The translations under genes and the position numbers were made by a program. A DNA stretch of 64,000 nucleotides from Isurus oxyrinchus (Eukaryota). The notes beneath the pieces are model-generated. The model worked only from the letters and a program-made list of their open reading frames with translations, was not told the DNA's origin and did not search any database. This document shows positions 40,119 through 50,800 of this stretch, one piece after another. Numbering within the stretch: the first letter of the stretch is position 1; the number at the start of each line of letters is the position of its first letter. The DNA is taken from assembly GCA_026770705.1 (NCBI GenBank), contig JANJGN010000039.1, positions 3,596,001-3,660,000 of the forward strand, read 5' to 3'.

Positions 40119-40189
40119 CAGGAACACCAATAGCCGGGAGAATAGGATAGTAAATCGCCTCTATCTGGTGAAGGATCAGTTCCCCCCAT
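40119..40189 (-). CDS. GPR139/GPR142-like GPCR, coding exon 1 (N-terminus and start of TM1)
   Basis: ELILHQIEAIYYPILPAIGVP|G followed by a GT donor (gtcgga). The phase-1 join to exon 2 gives IGVPVNAVAIVILSR; intron 27526-40118 (12.6 kb). The ATG at 40189 is one base out of frame because of a 6-G run. Confidence 0.85.
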
Positions 40190-40479
40190 CTTTTTGAGAA
40201 AATGTGTTTCTTGCTGAGATGAATAACCAAGATGGAATGGAACTTTTGAGCTGAAACATACAAATCCTCTTCTCCTTTAAATACATTTCAGAGAACCAAA
40301 AAACAGAATAAAATCACCGGAGGCTCGGAAGGAGATTCCACAGTCAATAAAAGGTGAACATCGGAGTCAAACTGGCAGCAGAGCATTGATGGCAGGGAAC
40401 ATATAAAAGCTGCCAAGTTTTGCAGCAATGAGTTCCTGCAGATAACCTTCCAAATCTATTTAGAAATAATAGGGCCAGA

Positions 40480-40740
40480 TAGACATGTGAATGCCACCAC
40501 CTGGAGTCTCCCCTCCCCTCCAAACCACTCATCGTCCTGATTTGGAAATGTATCGCCCTTCCTTTACTCCGGCTTAAAGCTCTGAAACTCGCACCCACCA
40601 GCAAACGGCACTGTGGCTGTACCTGCACCGCACAGCCTGCAGCACTTCAAAAACAGCTCAAACAACATTCTCAAGGCCAATTAGGGATAGGCAATAAATG
40701 CTGCCCTAGGTCGCTTCACCCACATCCAATTAATTGAAGG
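40480..40740 (+). mobile_element. Family B LINE 3' end
   Basis: ...ttctcaaggccaattagggataggcaataaatgctg...cccacatcc tail. Confidence 0.7.
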
Positions 40741-42289
40741 ATACACAGAAAGGCATGTTGAGTCTGGGAGTATAAACATAAACTTACATAGAATAACGAG
40801 AACTTCGAGAATAGGTTTGTAAATGGCCAGTAACTGATGACACAAAACAAATTCTATTCAGTGTGAAAGAGCTAATTCCTGTTGAAGCAGATACACTGCA
40901 TCAGCTGGAAAGATGAGGTGATCCGATCAGAGCAACTCTCACTTATACAGCAGGTAAATCCCCATTAGCACTTCCATGTTACCTGAAGATATATATTAGT
41001 TTCAGATATTGAAAAAATTGGATGCATCAGCCTCTCTCCTCCCAGGTTAACATTATGAAATGTCCCACTACAATGTTAAATGTCAAATATTGGAATAAGT
41101 TCTGCGGTCAAAACAATGGAAGGTGCTGCATGTTACCGAACAACAGGCAAATATTCAATGTGTTGATCGAGGCGGGAAATGATTGACCAACAAAGCAATG
41201 ATGGGAAATAAGCCTTTAATAATATAGATTTAAAAAATCTAGAAAACTCAATGGGCTTGAAACTCCAGGAGAAATAGTGTGGAAAGAGCAGTTGTTCACC
41301 ATTGGTTTTTGTGTCTGGCCCATGCTATGTTGCAACATGGCATATGTGTGATACATGTCTGTGTCATTGAAACTTTCAGAGTGAAGACATAACCTGCCCG
41401 GGTCCACCCATACATTCCTCTGGAACTGACGCTTCTGTAGTTGACTTCGCCTGCATTCCAAGACGTAGCAGAGAAACGTACACCATTCCATCTGGAAAGT
41501 ATCATTGCAACCATTTGACTTGGGCTTTGGCATTGCTGGTTACGTGAATTGCAACAGAAACTGCGCGAAGAAGTTTCCTGCTTCCTCAACAGGAACACTG
41601 CAAAATAAAATGTTCAGAAAAATCCAAAAGCCATACACCCTCAGATACGATCCCCTGACTCTGCAATTGCTCCTCCTCACCCACTTCAATGGGCTGGATG
41701 GAAAATAATATTTCTGAATGAAATCATAAGCTAACAAGATAACAACGCTGGGGGAATAGTTCGCGGGTAACATTTAATATTCGGCCTTCTTATACAGTTT
41801 TCAGCCGATCATTTGGAGATGGAGACCCTCATTGTAATGGGCCAGAATCGATGGCGTATTATTGTGTTGTTTTGGATGGCATTTCTTATAACTACCAGCA
41901 ACACAAGAACGAAGGATAGTGTTAGTTCATTCCGTCTGTTGAGGCTCCTCTGCCAATCCATATGATCACGGTTTTTCTGATGGGGGCCTCAAATCCACTT
42001 TAAAATTCCCACCTTGCCCACCCGCACCCCCTCCAAATATCGTCCCACACGGACAATCACCACCCATCCCATCCCACACCACCTACAACATCACAGACAC
42101 CCAAACGCACAGAGGCATATCCTCATTATTAAACTCTCCCTTTTGGAAAAACAGGTATACAACCCAGTCTTAAATATATGGCAGCCCCGAAAAAATCATC
42201 AATTTCATTCGTTCTTTTGATGATAACATAATGATAAATTTAATGCAACATGGTCCATCAGAGGACAACATTCCTGTCACAAACGGCAT

Positions 42290-42980
42290 CAAGGCATGCT
42301 GAGCGATGACTCCAGTTCTGCTTGTCATATTCTTGTCTGGCATTCTCTAGTATGCGCTCTAAGAACTTGGCACAGGATTACACATTCAATTCAGAGGAAA
42401 CTGCAAGCATCTCAACGAGTCAAAGCAAAAATCTTGCACAGAGTCTACTGAGGGATGTCTTATTTTAAGACCAATGCAACCTCATGGGCAATACTCCGGA
42501 GACATCTAGCTGCTTGCTAACGGCTTTGCCTAGAGTCAGAATGCTTCGGACTGACAATATCTCTGAAGATAGAGAAACAGGGTAAAAGTATGCTGCTTGC
42601 CACCTGCTCCAAGATATAGAAATCGGCATGAAAAACCATGCTTTCTGTTCTGTACGGAAGGTTTACTTACTTGGACGTAATGTCTGCAGGACAACTAACT
42701 ACATGAAGAAAATTAGTCATTGGCTGACAAAAACAAGCTCAGCGTTTGGCAGACTGAAGTAACAGACTTGAAGAAAGAATGGGTCTGTCTCAGAGGAAAG
42801 ATGGTATACGACCAGTCACGCGTTTTACTTCACTTCTTTATCAATTATGTGCTTTCATAACAGAGTGCCCTCATCAGATACGAATGATAATTTTCCAAAC
42901 TTACTCCATGAAATAATTTTACAATGATGAGTGGCAGTACAAAGTTCCGAGCACCATTGTTATTGCAAAGGGCAGCACAT
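42290..42980 (+). mobile_element. RTE-clade LINE reverse-transcriptase fragment, decayed
   Basis: Remnant peptides FGLTISLKIE, FTYLD and KTSSAFGRLK are typical of the region after the RT core in RTE/BovB-like elements. Confidence 0.6.
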
Positions 42981-43009
42981 CTGGTATGAGCAATGCTTTC
43001 GGCAAGGAT

Positions 43010-43660
43010 TCTTTTCACAAGAGTGGGGAGGTTAAACTAGCGCTGTTCGCATGGTGGTTAGACAAGGGATGTTTCACATGCTGGAAGGATTAGACAAGGC
43101 TTTGTTAAATTGGTGGATCGATGATGGCTGTTCACATGAGGCAGTTGCAGGCAGGTTGCTGTTCAAATAGGTGGTTATGTACAGCGCTGCTCACATGTAT
43201 GCAGGGGAGGATTAGACAATGGCTGTTCACATGTGGACTGATTGATTAAAGGGGTGTTCATTTGCCTGAGTTTTAGATTAGGGGCTGTGCATACGAAGAA
43301 ATAGGGGCACGACTGGTCACTGGGTGGTGGTGGTTTAGTCAAGGGCTATTCAGATGGTAGGTTTTCGAAGGGGCTGTTTAGGGGGTTTTGACAAATACCT
43401 ATACACATTGGCTATGAGACAAATGGAAGTGTTAGGTTGATCGTGGAACAAGTGTTATTCACATGGTGGTAAGCGTTAGGCCAGCGAATCTTGATATGTT
43501 AGTGCTAAACAAAGGACAACACAGATATTGATTAGGGACTGGAGACATGGGTGGAGAATTTTAGACAAGGAGATATTCACATGTTGCGGGGAGCAGAGTA
43601 AACAGTTAGTGTTTATGTTAATAAAGCAATGCTTTTCAAGACGAATTAGCCAGGGCACAA
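43010..43660. repeat. Degenerate ~33-36 bp minisatellite
   Basis: Recurring ttagacaagg(g)ctgttcacatg(gt)gg-like unit, more than ten copies. Confidence 0.75.
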
Positions 43661-43669
43661 ATAGGAACA

Positions 43670-44740
43670 ATTCTGGGAAATCTCAGCTGGTCTGACAGCA
43701 TCTGTTGGGAAGAAGACAGAGTTAATGTTTCGAGTCAGTATGACCCTCCTTCAGGTCTCATGGGAAGCAGAAAAGTGATGAAATATATATTGTTCAAGAG
43801 GGGTGGAACAGGTGCAGCTCGATTGAAGGTCAGTGATAGATGGATGCAAAGGAGAGATTGGAAAAATTGTCATAAAGGAAGGGTGAAAGGATCGTGGTGA
43901 TACTGGCTGAGGGAGCTGCTAATGGCCCAATTAAGGTAGAAGGCAGAATACGATAATAGGCAGACCAGGGTAGGCAGTCTTCGAATAAAATCTGAGCAAG
44001 TGATAGGTGTCACTCAATGGGGCGCCATTGAGTGAGGGGACGGTGGTGGGAAGAAAAATATCGTAAACAGGAAAAAAGCTGGGGATAAAACAATAAATAA
44101 AAAAATGAAACAAATTAAAAAAAGCAATTATAAAAATAACGTGAATGAAATAAATAAAATAGTAAAATGAATATTGAAGGAAGGAAATCAAAAACGGACG
44201 AGTTTGGACGAGACACTTCATGGTCTGATGTTGTTGAACTCAATTCTAATTCCTGAATGCTGTAAAGTGTCGATCCAGAATATGATGTGTTGTTCCCCAG
44301 TGTGCGTTGAGCTTCACTGGAACAATGCAGCAGGCCAAGGACGGACATCTGGGCATGAGTGCAGGGTGGACTGTTGAAATGGCAAGCAACAGTGAGGTCT
44401 GGGTAATGCTTGCAGACAGTCAGTCTGCGTTTGCTCCCTCCAGTGTAGAGGAAACCGCATTGGGAGCAGCGAATGGAGTATTCTAAATTGAGGGAAGCGC
44501 AAGTAAAATGCTGCTAGACTTGAAAGTAGTGTTTGGGGACTTGGACGTTGAGGAGAGAGGAAGTAAGGTGGCAGACGTTGCACCTTCTGCGGTTGCATGG
44601 CAAGGTGCCATGGGAGAGGGTTGAGGTGTAGAGGGCGATGAAGGCATGGGCCAGGGTGTACTGGAGGAAACAAAACCTGCTGAATTCCGCCAGGGGGGGG
44701 AGAAGGGAAAATGTGCTTTTTGGTGGCACTGACACGATGG
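43670..44740 (-). mobile_element. Older Penelope-like element, 3' part
   Basis: HGTLPCNRRRCNVC..VQVPKHYFQV and MSVLGLLHCSSEAQR; terminal region homologous to 34514-34620 and 53930-54030. Confidence 0.85.
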
Positions 44741-45344
44741 AAAGAGTGGCCTCTTGATATGCTGTAAGTTCGCTACTACTCTGCAAGTACTTCAGATGCG
44801 GCCTATTAGGAGCATCATACAGCGTTGTATCCTGCACTTATTTTCTAACATATTCTTGGCCATGCTAAAATTGCTGTAAACAGAAAAACAGCCAATACTC
44901 TCCCTCCTATTTGCCTGTGTATTTTATCACCCAACTTTGTCCAGAGATCTCAACTCTGCCTCCGATCTGAAGCGAACATTGGTCTCGCTCTGTGAAAATA
45001 AAACATGCTCCTTATTGTAAACGCTGATATTTTATAACATGTGACAAAAGGTGTAACATCCAGCCATGTTAAGCACATGGAAAGCATATATCAAGTGGTA
45101 TACCAATAACGCAAGGGGATTCAGGGAATGGAGAAATCGGAGAAAACAGAGCCTTAAACGGCAGTGACCTGGGCAGCTTGGTACTGAGATAGTAAGGCAG
45201 GTGGCCTTTTTCACACACAGTACCATAATGTGCTGCAAAAAACATTGTGCTTATTGAAGTATTCTAGCAGAATATTTCTGCTTCTGGACAGTTAGACAGC
45301 TAAAGATAATTAAAATGAATAAAAACATATATTTCTCTTTAGCA

Positions 45345-45450
45345 CTGAAGAAGAGTAATACGGACTCGAAACGTTAACTCTGTTGTTTCTCTCTCCGCTG
45401 ATGATGTTGGACAGGCTGAGCTTCCCCATCAATTTCTGTTTTTGTTTCTG
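45345..45450 (+). mobile_element. Penelope-like 3' terminal fragment with a minimal hammerhead motif
   Basis: CTGAAGA-A-GAGT-aatacgg-ACTC-GAAACGTT followed by the same terminal sequence as the other Penelope arms. Confidence 0.75.
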
Positions 45451-46039
45451 TTTTCATATGTTGGTAATCGTTCACCTTTTCCATTTAGTTGGTCTTAACG
45501 GTGCTTGATGATGGGGAGAGTCTCTTCTTCCGAGTCTCTCATAAACAAGTGTCCCTCCTTCTTAAAGGCTGTCTTTTTCTGATTTCTGACATACGGTTTC
45601 ACAACCACTCCTCACAAGAATGCAAATAGGAGGCAGAATCAGACGCGACTCTTGATTCACTGTGGAACTCAGCAACATACCCGGTTTTAACTCAGGGAGT
45701 TTTAGACCCGACATCTTGGGGAGCTGGAAAATTAATGAAATTATTTAGATTCTAAATAAACTATTTATTTTGATGCACATTGTGAGCTTGGTAAAGTGAT
45801 GAAACATTCAGTGGCCCTTTCAACGCACAACACAACACAGCACAATGATGTTCTGCAAAAAAATATAATTATTCAGTGCGTCTTCGCATAATAGCACTGT
45901 CACTGGTATATTAATTCAGAGGGGAAGGGAGGTTTTCAACTGTTTAAATCCTACCGTGTAATTTCAATTGGATGACGGAAGGTGTGGTTGACAGCGCCAT
46001 GAAGCGGCATGTAATCAGCAAAAATCTGCTCTCTCTCAC

Positions 46040-46850
46040 TGAGCTTGGGCCAATCAGCTACTGACCTCATTAAAGGTTTGCAGCCTTGGTTCCACCATGG
46101 AGCAAATTGCTGGCTTGGCCTAAATAGCCAAGTGGTTATGGTACTGGGCTTGTAAACCCAAGATCAAGAGTTCAAATCTCACAATGGCAAACAATGTTAC
46201 TTCATCTGAATAGGAACAGATGGAAACATGTTTGTGCTCGAAAGAGTTATATATGCCACACCGAACAACCATTAAAGTTATGGAGCAAATTGCTGAACTG
46301 AAGGGCTCAAGCACGAGTGTGTGTCATTGACATCAAAGCACCACATGAACGAATGAGGCAGCAAGGAGCCCGAGCAAAACTCGTATTCATTGGAAAAAAG
46401 AGTGGTTTGGGGTCCGGGGCGTGGGGGGGGGGGGGGGGGGTGGGGGTGTGGTCGGGGGTGGTGGTGAATGGGTATTTGGTGGTTGTGGGAGCGGACGGTG
46501 AGGCGGTCGGAAAGAGCTTTGTATTATTTGGGTGATTCCTAGCAGAACGGATGGCTATTGTATGAGATCGCTCATCTCAGTAGCAGGATACTGCTTCAGG
46601 GGATCTTCAGAGTGGTTTCCATGGCCCAACTGCCTTCAGCTGACTCATCAATAATCTTCCCTGCACAATAACCCTTAAGTGGGTATATTCCTGGATGACT
46701 GCACAATGGTGCATACCTCCTCTCCTATTGCAGTATGTGTTCATGTGGAATAATGTGGACGACTTTCAATCTTGGGTTGGTCGCTGGCAATTAGCATTCA
46801 CGCAACACAAGTGTCAGGCAATCAATGTTACCAGGCACCGTGAGGTCTCC
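46040..46850 (+). mobile_element. Family B LINE RT fragment (host of the 46113 SINE)
   Basis: ctgacctcatta..., ttgacatcaaagcaccacatgaacgaatgaggca, ggcccaactgccttcagctg, ctggatgactgcacaatg (DDCTM); collinear with 9250-9730. Confidence 0.65.
46113..46279 (+). mobile_element. Short tRNA-derived SINE (tRNA-Thr(TGT)-like head) with a perfect 16-bp TSD
   Basis: A box tagccaagtgg, anticodon-like arm tggg-cttgtaaa-ccca, B box gagttcaaatc. atggagcaaattgctg is duplicated at 46097-46112 and 46280-46295. Confidence 0.8.
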
Positions 46851-47779
46851 TAGCACTGTCCCATGAAGCTATCTTGCGATCAGATCTAATATATGTGAGT
46901 GCATAGACACTGCAATGTGGTTGAATGTCAACTTCCCTTTGGAATTGCTGGCAAAGTGCTAAACTTAAGAGGGCAAGTAATGTTAGTCTTGTCAGAGACG
47001 CCCTGATCCCCCGAGATAATAAATAAATAACTAAAAATTCTAGAGACTCAGGTTAATGCTCCGTCAGAGTGTAAGGATCCATTGACGCTGCCCAATCAAA
47101 TGTGACAGGAGAATGTGCTTTTCCCTAAACGCTGCACAATCAAAACTGTCGATGTTCAGGTCTCTAAACACAGCCAAATATGTCCTCCCGGTTCAGAAAG
47201 TAGAACTAATACACGCTTTCTGATCAAACATTCCCTGCAATAAGTTGGTAAAGGCCACAGCATAATCTCCAAGAAAACCCACCAAACTAAGATGACATAC
47301 ATTTCATGTAACACAGATCAGCCATTCCCTACCGGAGACAACGTGTACAACCCATCTAAACCTGACCAATTAAACCACCTTGCGGTGAAAAACAGTCTTA
47401 CAAAACCAACCTGGGTCAGGTGAGGTCACTGTAGGAGAGTTCACTGAGAAGCTGATAACCACAGAAGAAAGATAAATTTATGAGTTTAATGGATCACAAG
47501 ACAGAATTGAGCAAATAAGGCAGAAAGTTGTTGAAAACGAGAGCAATGCAGCAGTGAACAGAGAGGCAGGATGGTTGGTCAGAGAGGGATGGATTAAAGT
47601 GTGTCCCAGTGCAAGAGGGAGCAGGGAGACAGGACTCCCGCAGACACAGACCAGGGGAGTGCTCACAGAGTAAAACACAAAGTGAAGAGTACTGAGGAGC
47701 GAATGAACAAAGTGAACTGATATACCGGGGGCGCTATCATGGTTTTGGATGCATGAGTGATGTGCACCGAAGCACTTAC

Positions 47780-47814
47780 AATCAGACAGAGCTAGGTGAT
47801 AAGCATGACCTTTA
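47780..47814 (-). CDS. Repeat gene possible stop-containing exon: VKVMLIT*
   Basis: cattcggtccaacag|TAAAGG...TAG, then donor gtaagt 12 nt after the stop. Confidence 0.5.
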
Positions 47815-50800
47815 CTGTTGGACCGAATGAAATGCACTGGAATATTTGTAAAAACAGAAAGCTGACAAACCAGGAAGGGATTATGCCAGGAAGCGTGTGG
47901 TCAAAACTCATGCCAATGTGATTCTGAAGAGTTTTTGTTGTGCTGCCTATCCTCAGTTCTCAAGGTGCCCGCATTGTCTTGACACCAGCTCACTAAAGAC
48001 ACTTGCAGGGGTAATTCACTGGTCTATTCCCATGTGATTGACTCGAATAATTACAAATTCTCTTCATGCCTCTTGCACTGCCTCATGATCTTACACCCAG
48101 CCTTTTCCCTGTGTCTCGACTCCAAAGATGTTTTAATCAGGGACCAGGTACGACAGGTACAATTTTAAGTACAATTTTTAATGAGTGCTTTTCAGCGGAA
48201 ATATTAGAGTGTACTCCATCTGGGAGGGTGTGATTTTTAGTCAGCAGCTCTAAAACATCAAGGATTGAGCTGAGCAGAAATGCCTGTGGAGCCAAACAAA
48301 GCACATAATTAAAACAAAAAATAACCTGCCAGATAACTGCAATATAACTTTATAAACAGGCGCACCTTCTTACCCATGGTCAAAAATTCAGACAAGAAGT
48401 GCAATGCCCAAATCAGATTGAATATTCCATATTCATCTCTCCACGTTCCAGAAATCTTTGCTCAAAGGGCAACATGAAATTAGTACAGTTTGTTGCAGAT
48501 ATAACGGAGCCAATTCTGCGTGCTGTGTCCGTTTTGGCTTTCAGGTCGAGCTGCTAAATTAATCGCAGCCTTTGCGCATCCACCCCACGCACTATCCCCC
48601 TCCAGTGTCCCCACACGACACCCAACCCGCTCCCCCCGATCAAAAAGAAGCATTCTGGTCATGAGGAATTCTCACTCAGAAGAAATTGCTGCTTGAAAAA
48701 AAGCATCTCCTCATCTCAAAACTGGCTGTTTGATCAATGAGCTCAAATGTATAAGAGCATAATAATTAAAATAAGAATTATTGTAATAATAATAATAATA
48801 GCCTCAGGAGCAGGGCACGTAACCCCTGAGGTGTGCTCTGCCATTCATGGCTGATATTATTTTAATCCCAATTCTAATTAACAGTCTGTTCACCATTACC
48901 CTTGCCAATTCCAGCCATGAATGTCCTTGAATACAGGGGCAAGGACACATTACTGCAGCTGGAAAGACCCGCAGTGAGAAAACACCTGGGGTATTGTGTG
49001 CAGTTTTAGTCTCCTTACCGAATAAAACACACACTTACCATAGGTGGACTCCAGTGAAGGTTCATTGAAGTGATTCCTTGCAATACAGGATTGTCATAAG
49101 AGGGCAGCCTGGGCCGGCTAGGCCTGTACACAGTGGAATTTAAAAAGCTCAGAAGGAATCTTAATGAAACCTAAAGAATTCTGACAGGGCTGGACAGACT
49201 GGGTGAACGGAATGTGAACCTTCTGGCTGGGGGCGATTTAGGTCAAGGGGTCAAAGTCTCATGATCCGGGGTAGGCCATTTAGGACCTCTTCACTCCGAT
49301 GTTGGTGAACAAAGGTTTATGAAGTCCAAATCACTGAATATATTTATGGAGGAGATAGATATATCTCTCATCTCTAAAGACGTCAAAGGTGTATGGCGAC
49401 AGAGTGGCAGCACGGCGTTGAGGTAGTTGGTCATGCATGATCACATTGAATGTTGGAGCAGGCTTGATGAGCCGAATGACCGTCTCCTGCTCTTATTATC
49501 TTTCTTTCTGGGCTATTTTGACGGTCTCTGCAGCTCTCTGGGCTGGATAATGGAAACAAATCAGCACCATCTTAGAGGGGAAGATGCTCCTGGGCGTAAT
49601 CAGTTATAGACGCCTTCTGATTCCCAATCGACGCTCCATTTCTTCTAGATTCCCCCATGAGGGGAAAATTCACTCAATATCCACCCCCTTAACTCCCATC
49701 AAGATTACGAAACGATTTCAAAGCGTTTCCTCATATTCTTCCACACCCCAATGAGTATCAAGCTAAACTGAGTTATTTGAAGAATAAAAAATATTGAACC
49801 TCTTATGGAGGGGTTCCAAATCATTTATATTATTCCTCACATAATGCGATCAATATGGCCTGCAATATGCTCATTTGCAAACTGCGCTGTTGTCCCAATA
49901 AATCCCTATGCTTAAGAGCCAACCGTTTTCAATAAAGGTGAACATTCATTTTCCATCCGGTAGCTGTTCCAACTGCATTCGAATGCTTTGTGTCTCATGT
50001 ACAAGGACATACGGTTCTCTCCATGCCGCAGCATTGTATAATCACTCTCCACTGAAAACCTATTGTTTTTAGAGCGAGTTGTTAACCAACCTTCGTGCAA
50101 TGGAACTGTCGTGTTTTTATTTACACTCTCCAGTGAACAGCAAAAACGCCACCACTTGACATGAGCCCATATCCCTCGAAGAATACCCCTAAATCTCAAC
50201 AGTCTTTGCCCTTAATACGTCCCAGCTTTTTCCAGCTGTCCATTCGTTTTTAGTTACTTATGTACATGGGTTCATAAATGGGCTCCTGAATAAACGCCCC
50301 CCAACCCCACCAACCCCTACCCCGCTTCCCTCTGTGTGTAAAAATAAAGCCATAAAAAATCTTTGAAATTGGGTAAGCATGGATGATTTCCTGTTTCTCA
50401 CGGTGCACCCTGAATTATTTGAAGAATATGAATGCAAACAAATGCTTACGGACACCGTACTCTCGCAGTATTAAAAGATGTTGCAAGACGGCGCTGAGAC
50501 TGGCGGCATCAAGCTTATCCAGAAGAGAGTCGATGATTTCACGAGGTTTCTCTTCCCTGCCAGTTGCTGTTGCTGAAACCATACAGGAATGTTTTTGGCT
50601 TAAACACTGGTTTTATATTTCTGCATCAACAGAATAAACTGATATTCACAAGGCGACTTTCAACATACCGAAAATCAGCTAAAGATGCTAACGGGTGCCT
50701 GATCAGTCAGCCTCAGCTAAATAAACACCTGGGTCAGGTATACCTGAAATGTTCCTGCCATGTATTTGCCTACAAGTTGGAACAAATCAGGGTAGGCTAA

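Noticed and set aside
46117-46192. Functional tRNA-Thr gene
   Set aside because: Acceptor stem does not pair properly, there is no oligo-T terminator, and it sits inside a TSD-flanked insertion.
50744-50769. 26-nt micro-exon candidate (ttgtag|GCAAATACATGG...CAG|gtatac) upstream of R4
   Set aside because: Length is not a multiple of three and its ATG is out of phase with R4; it would break the frame unless another unseen exon compensates.
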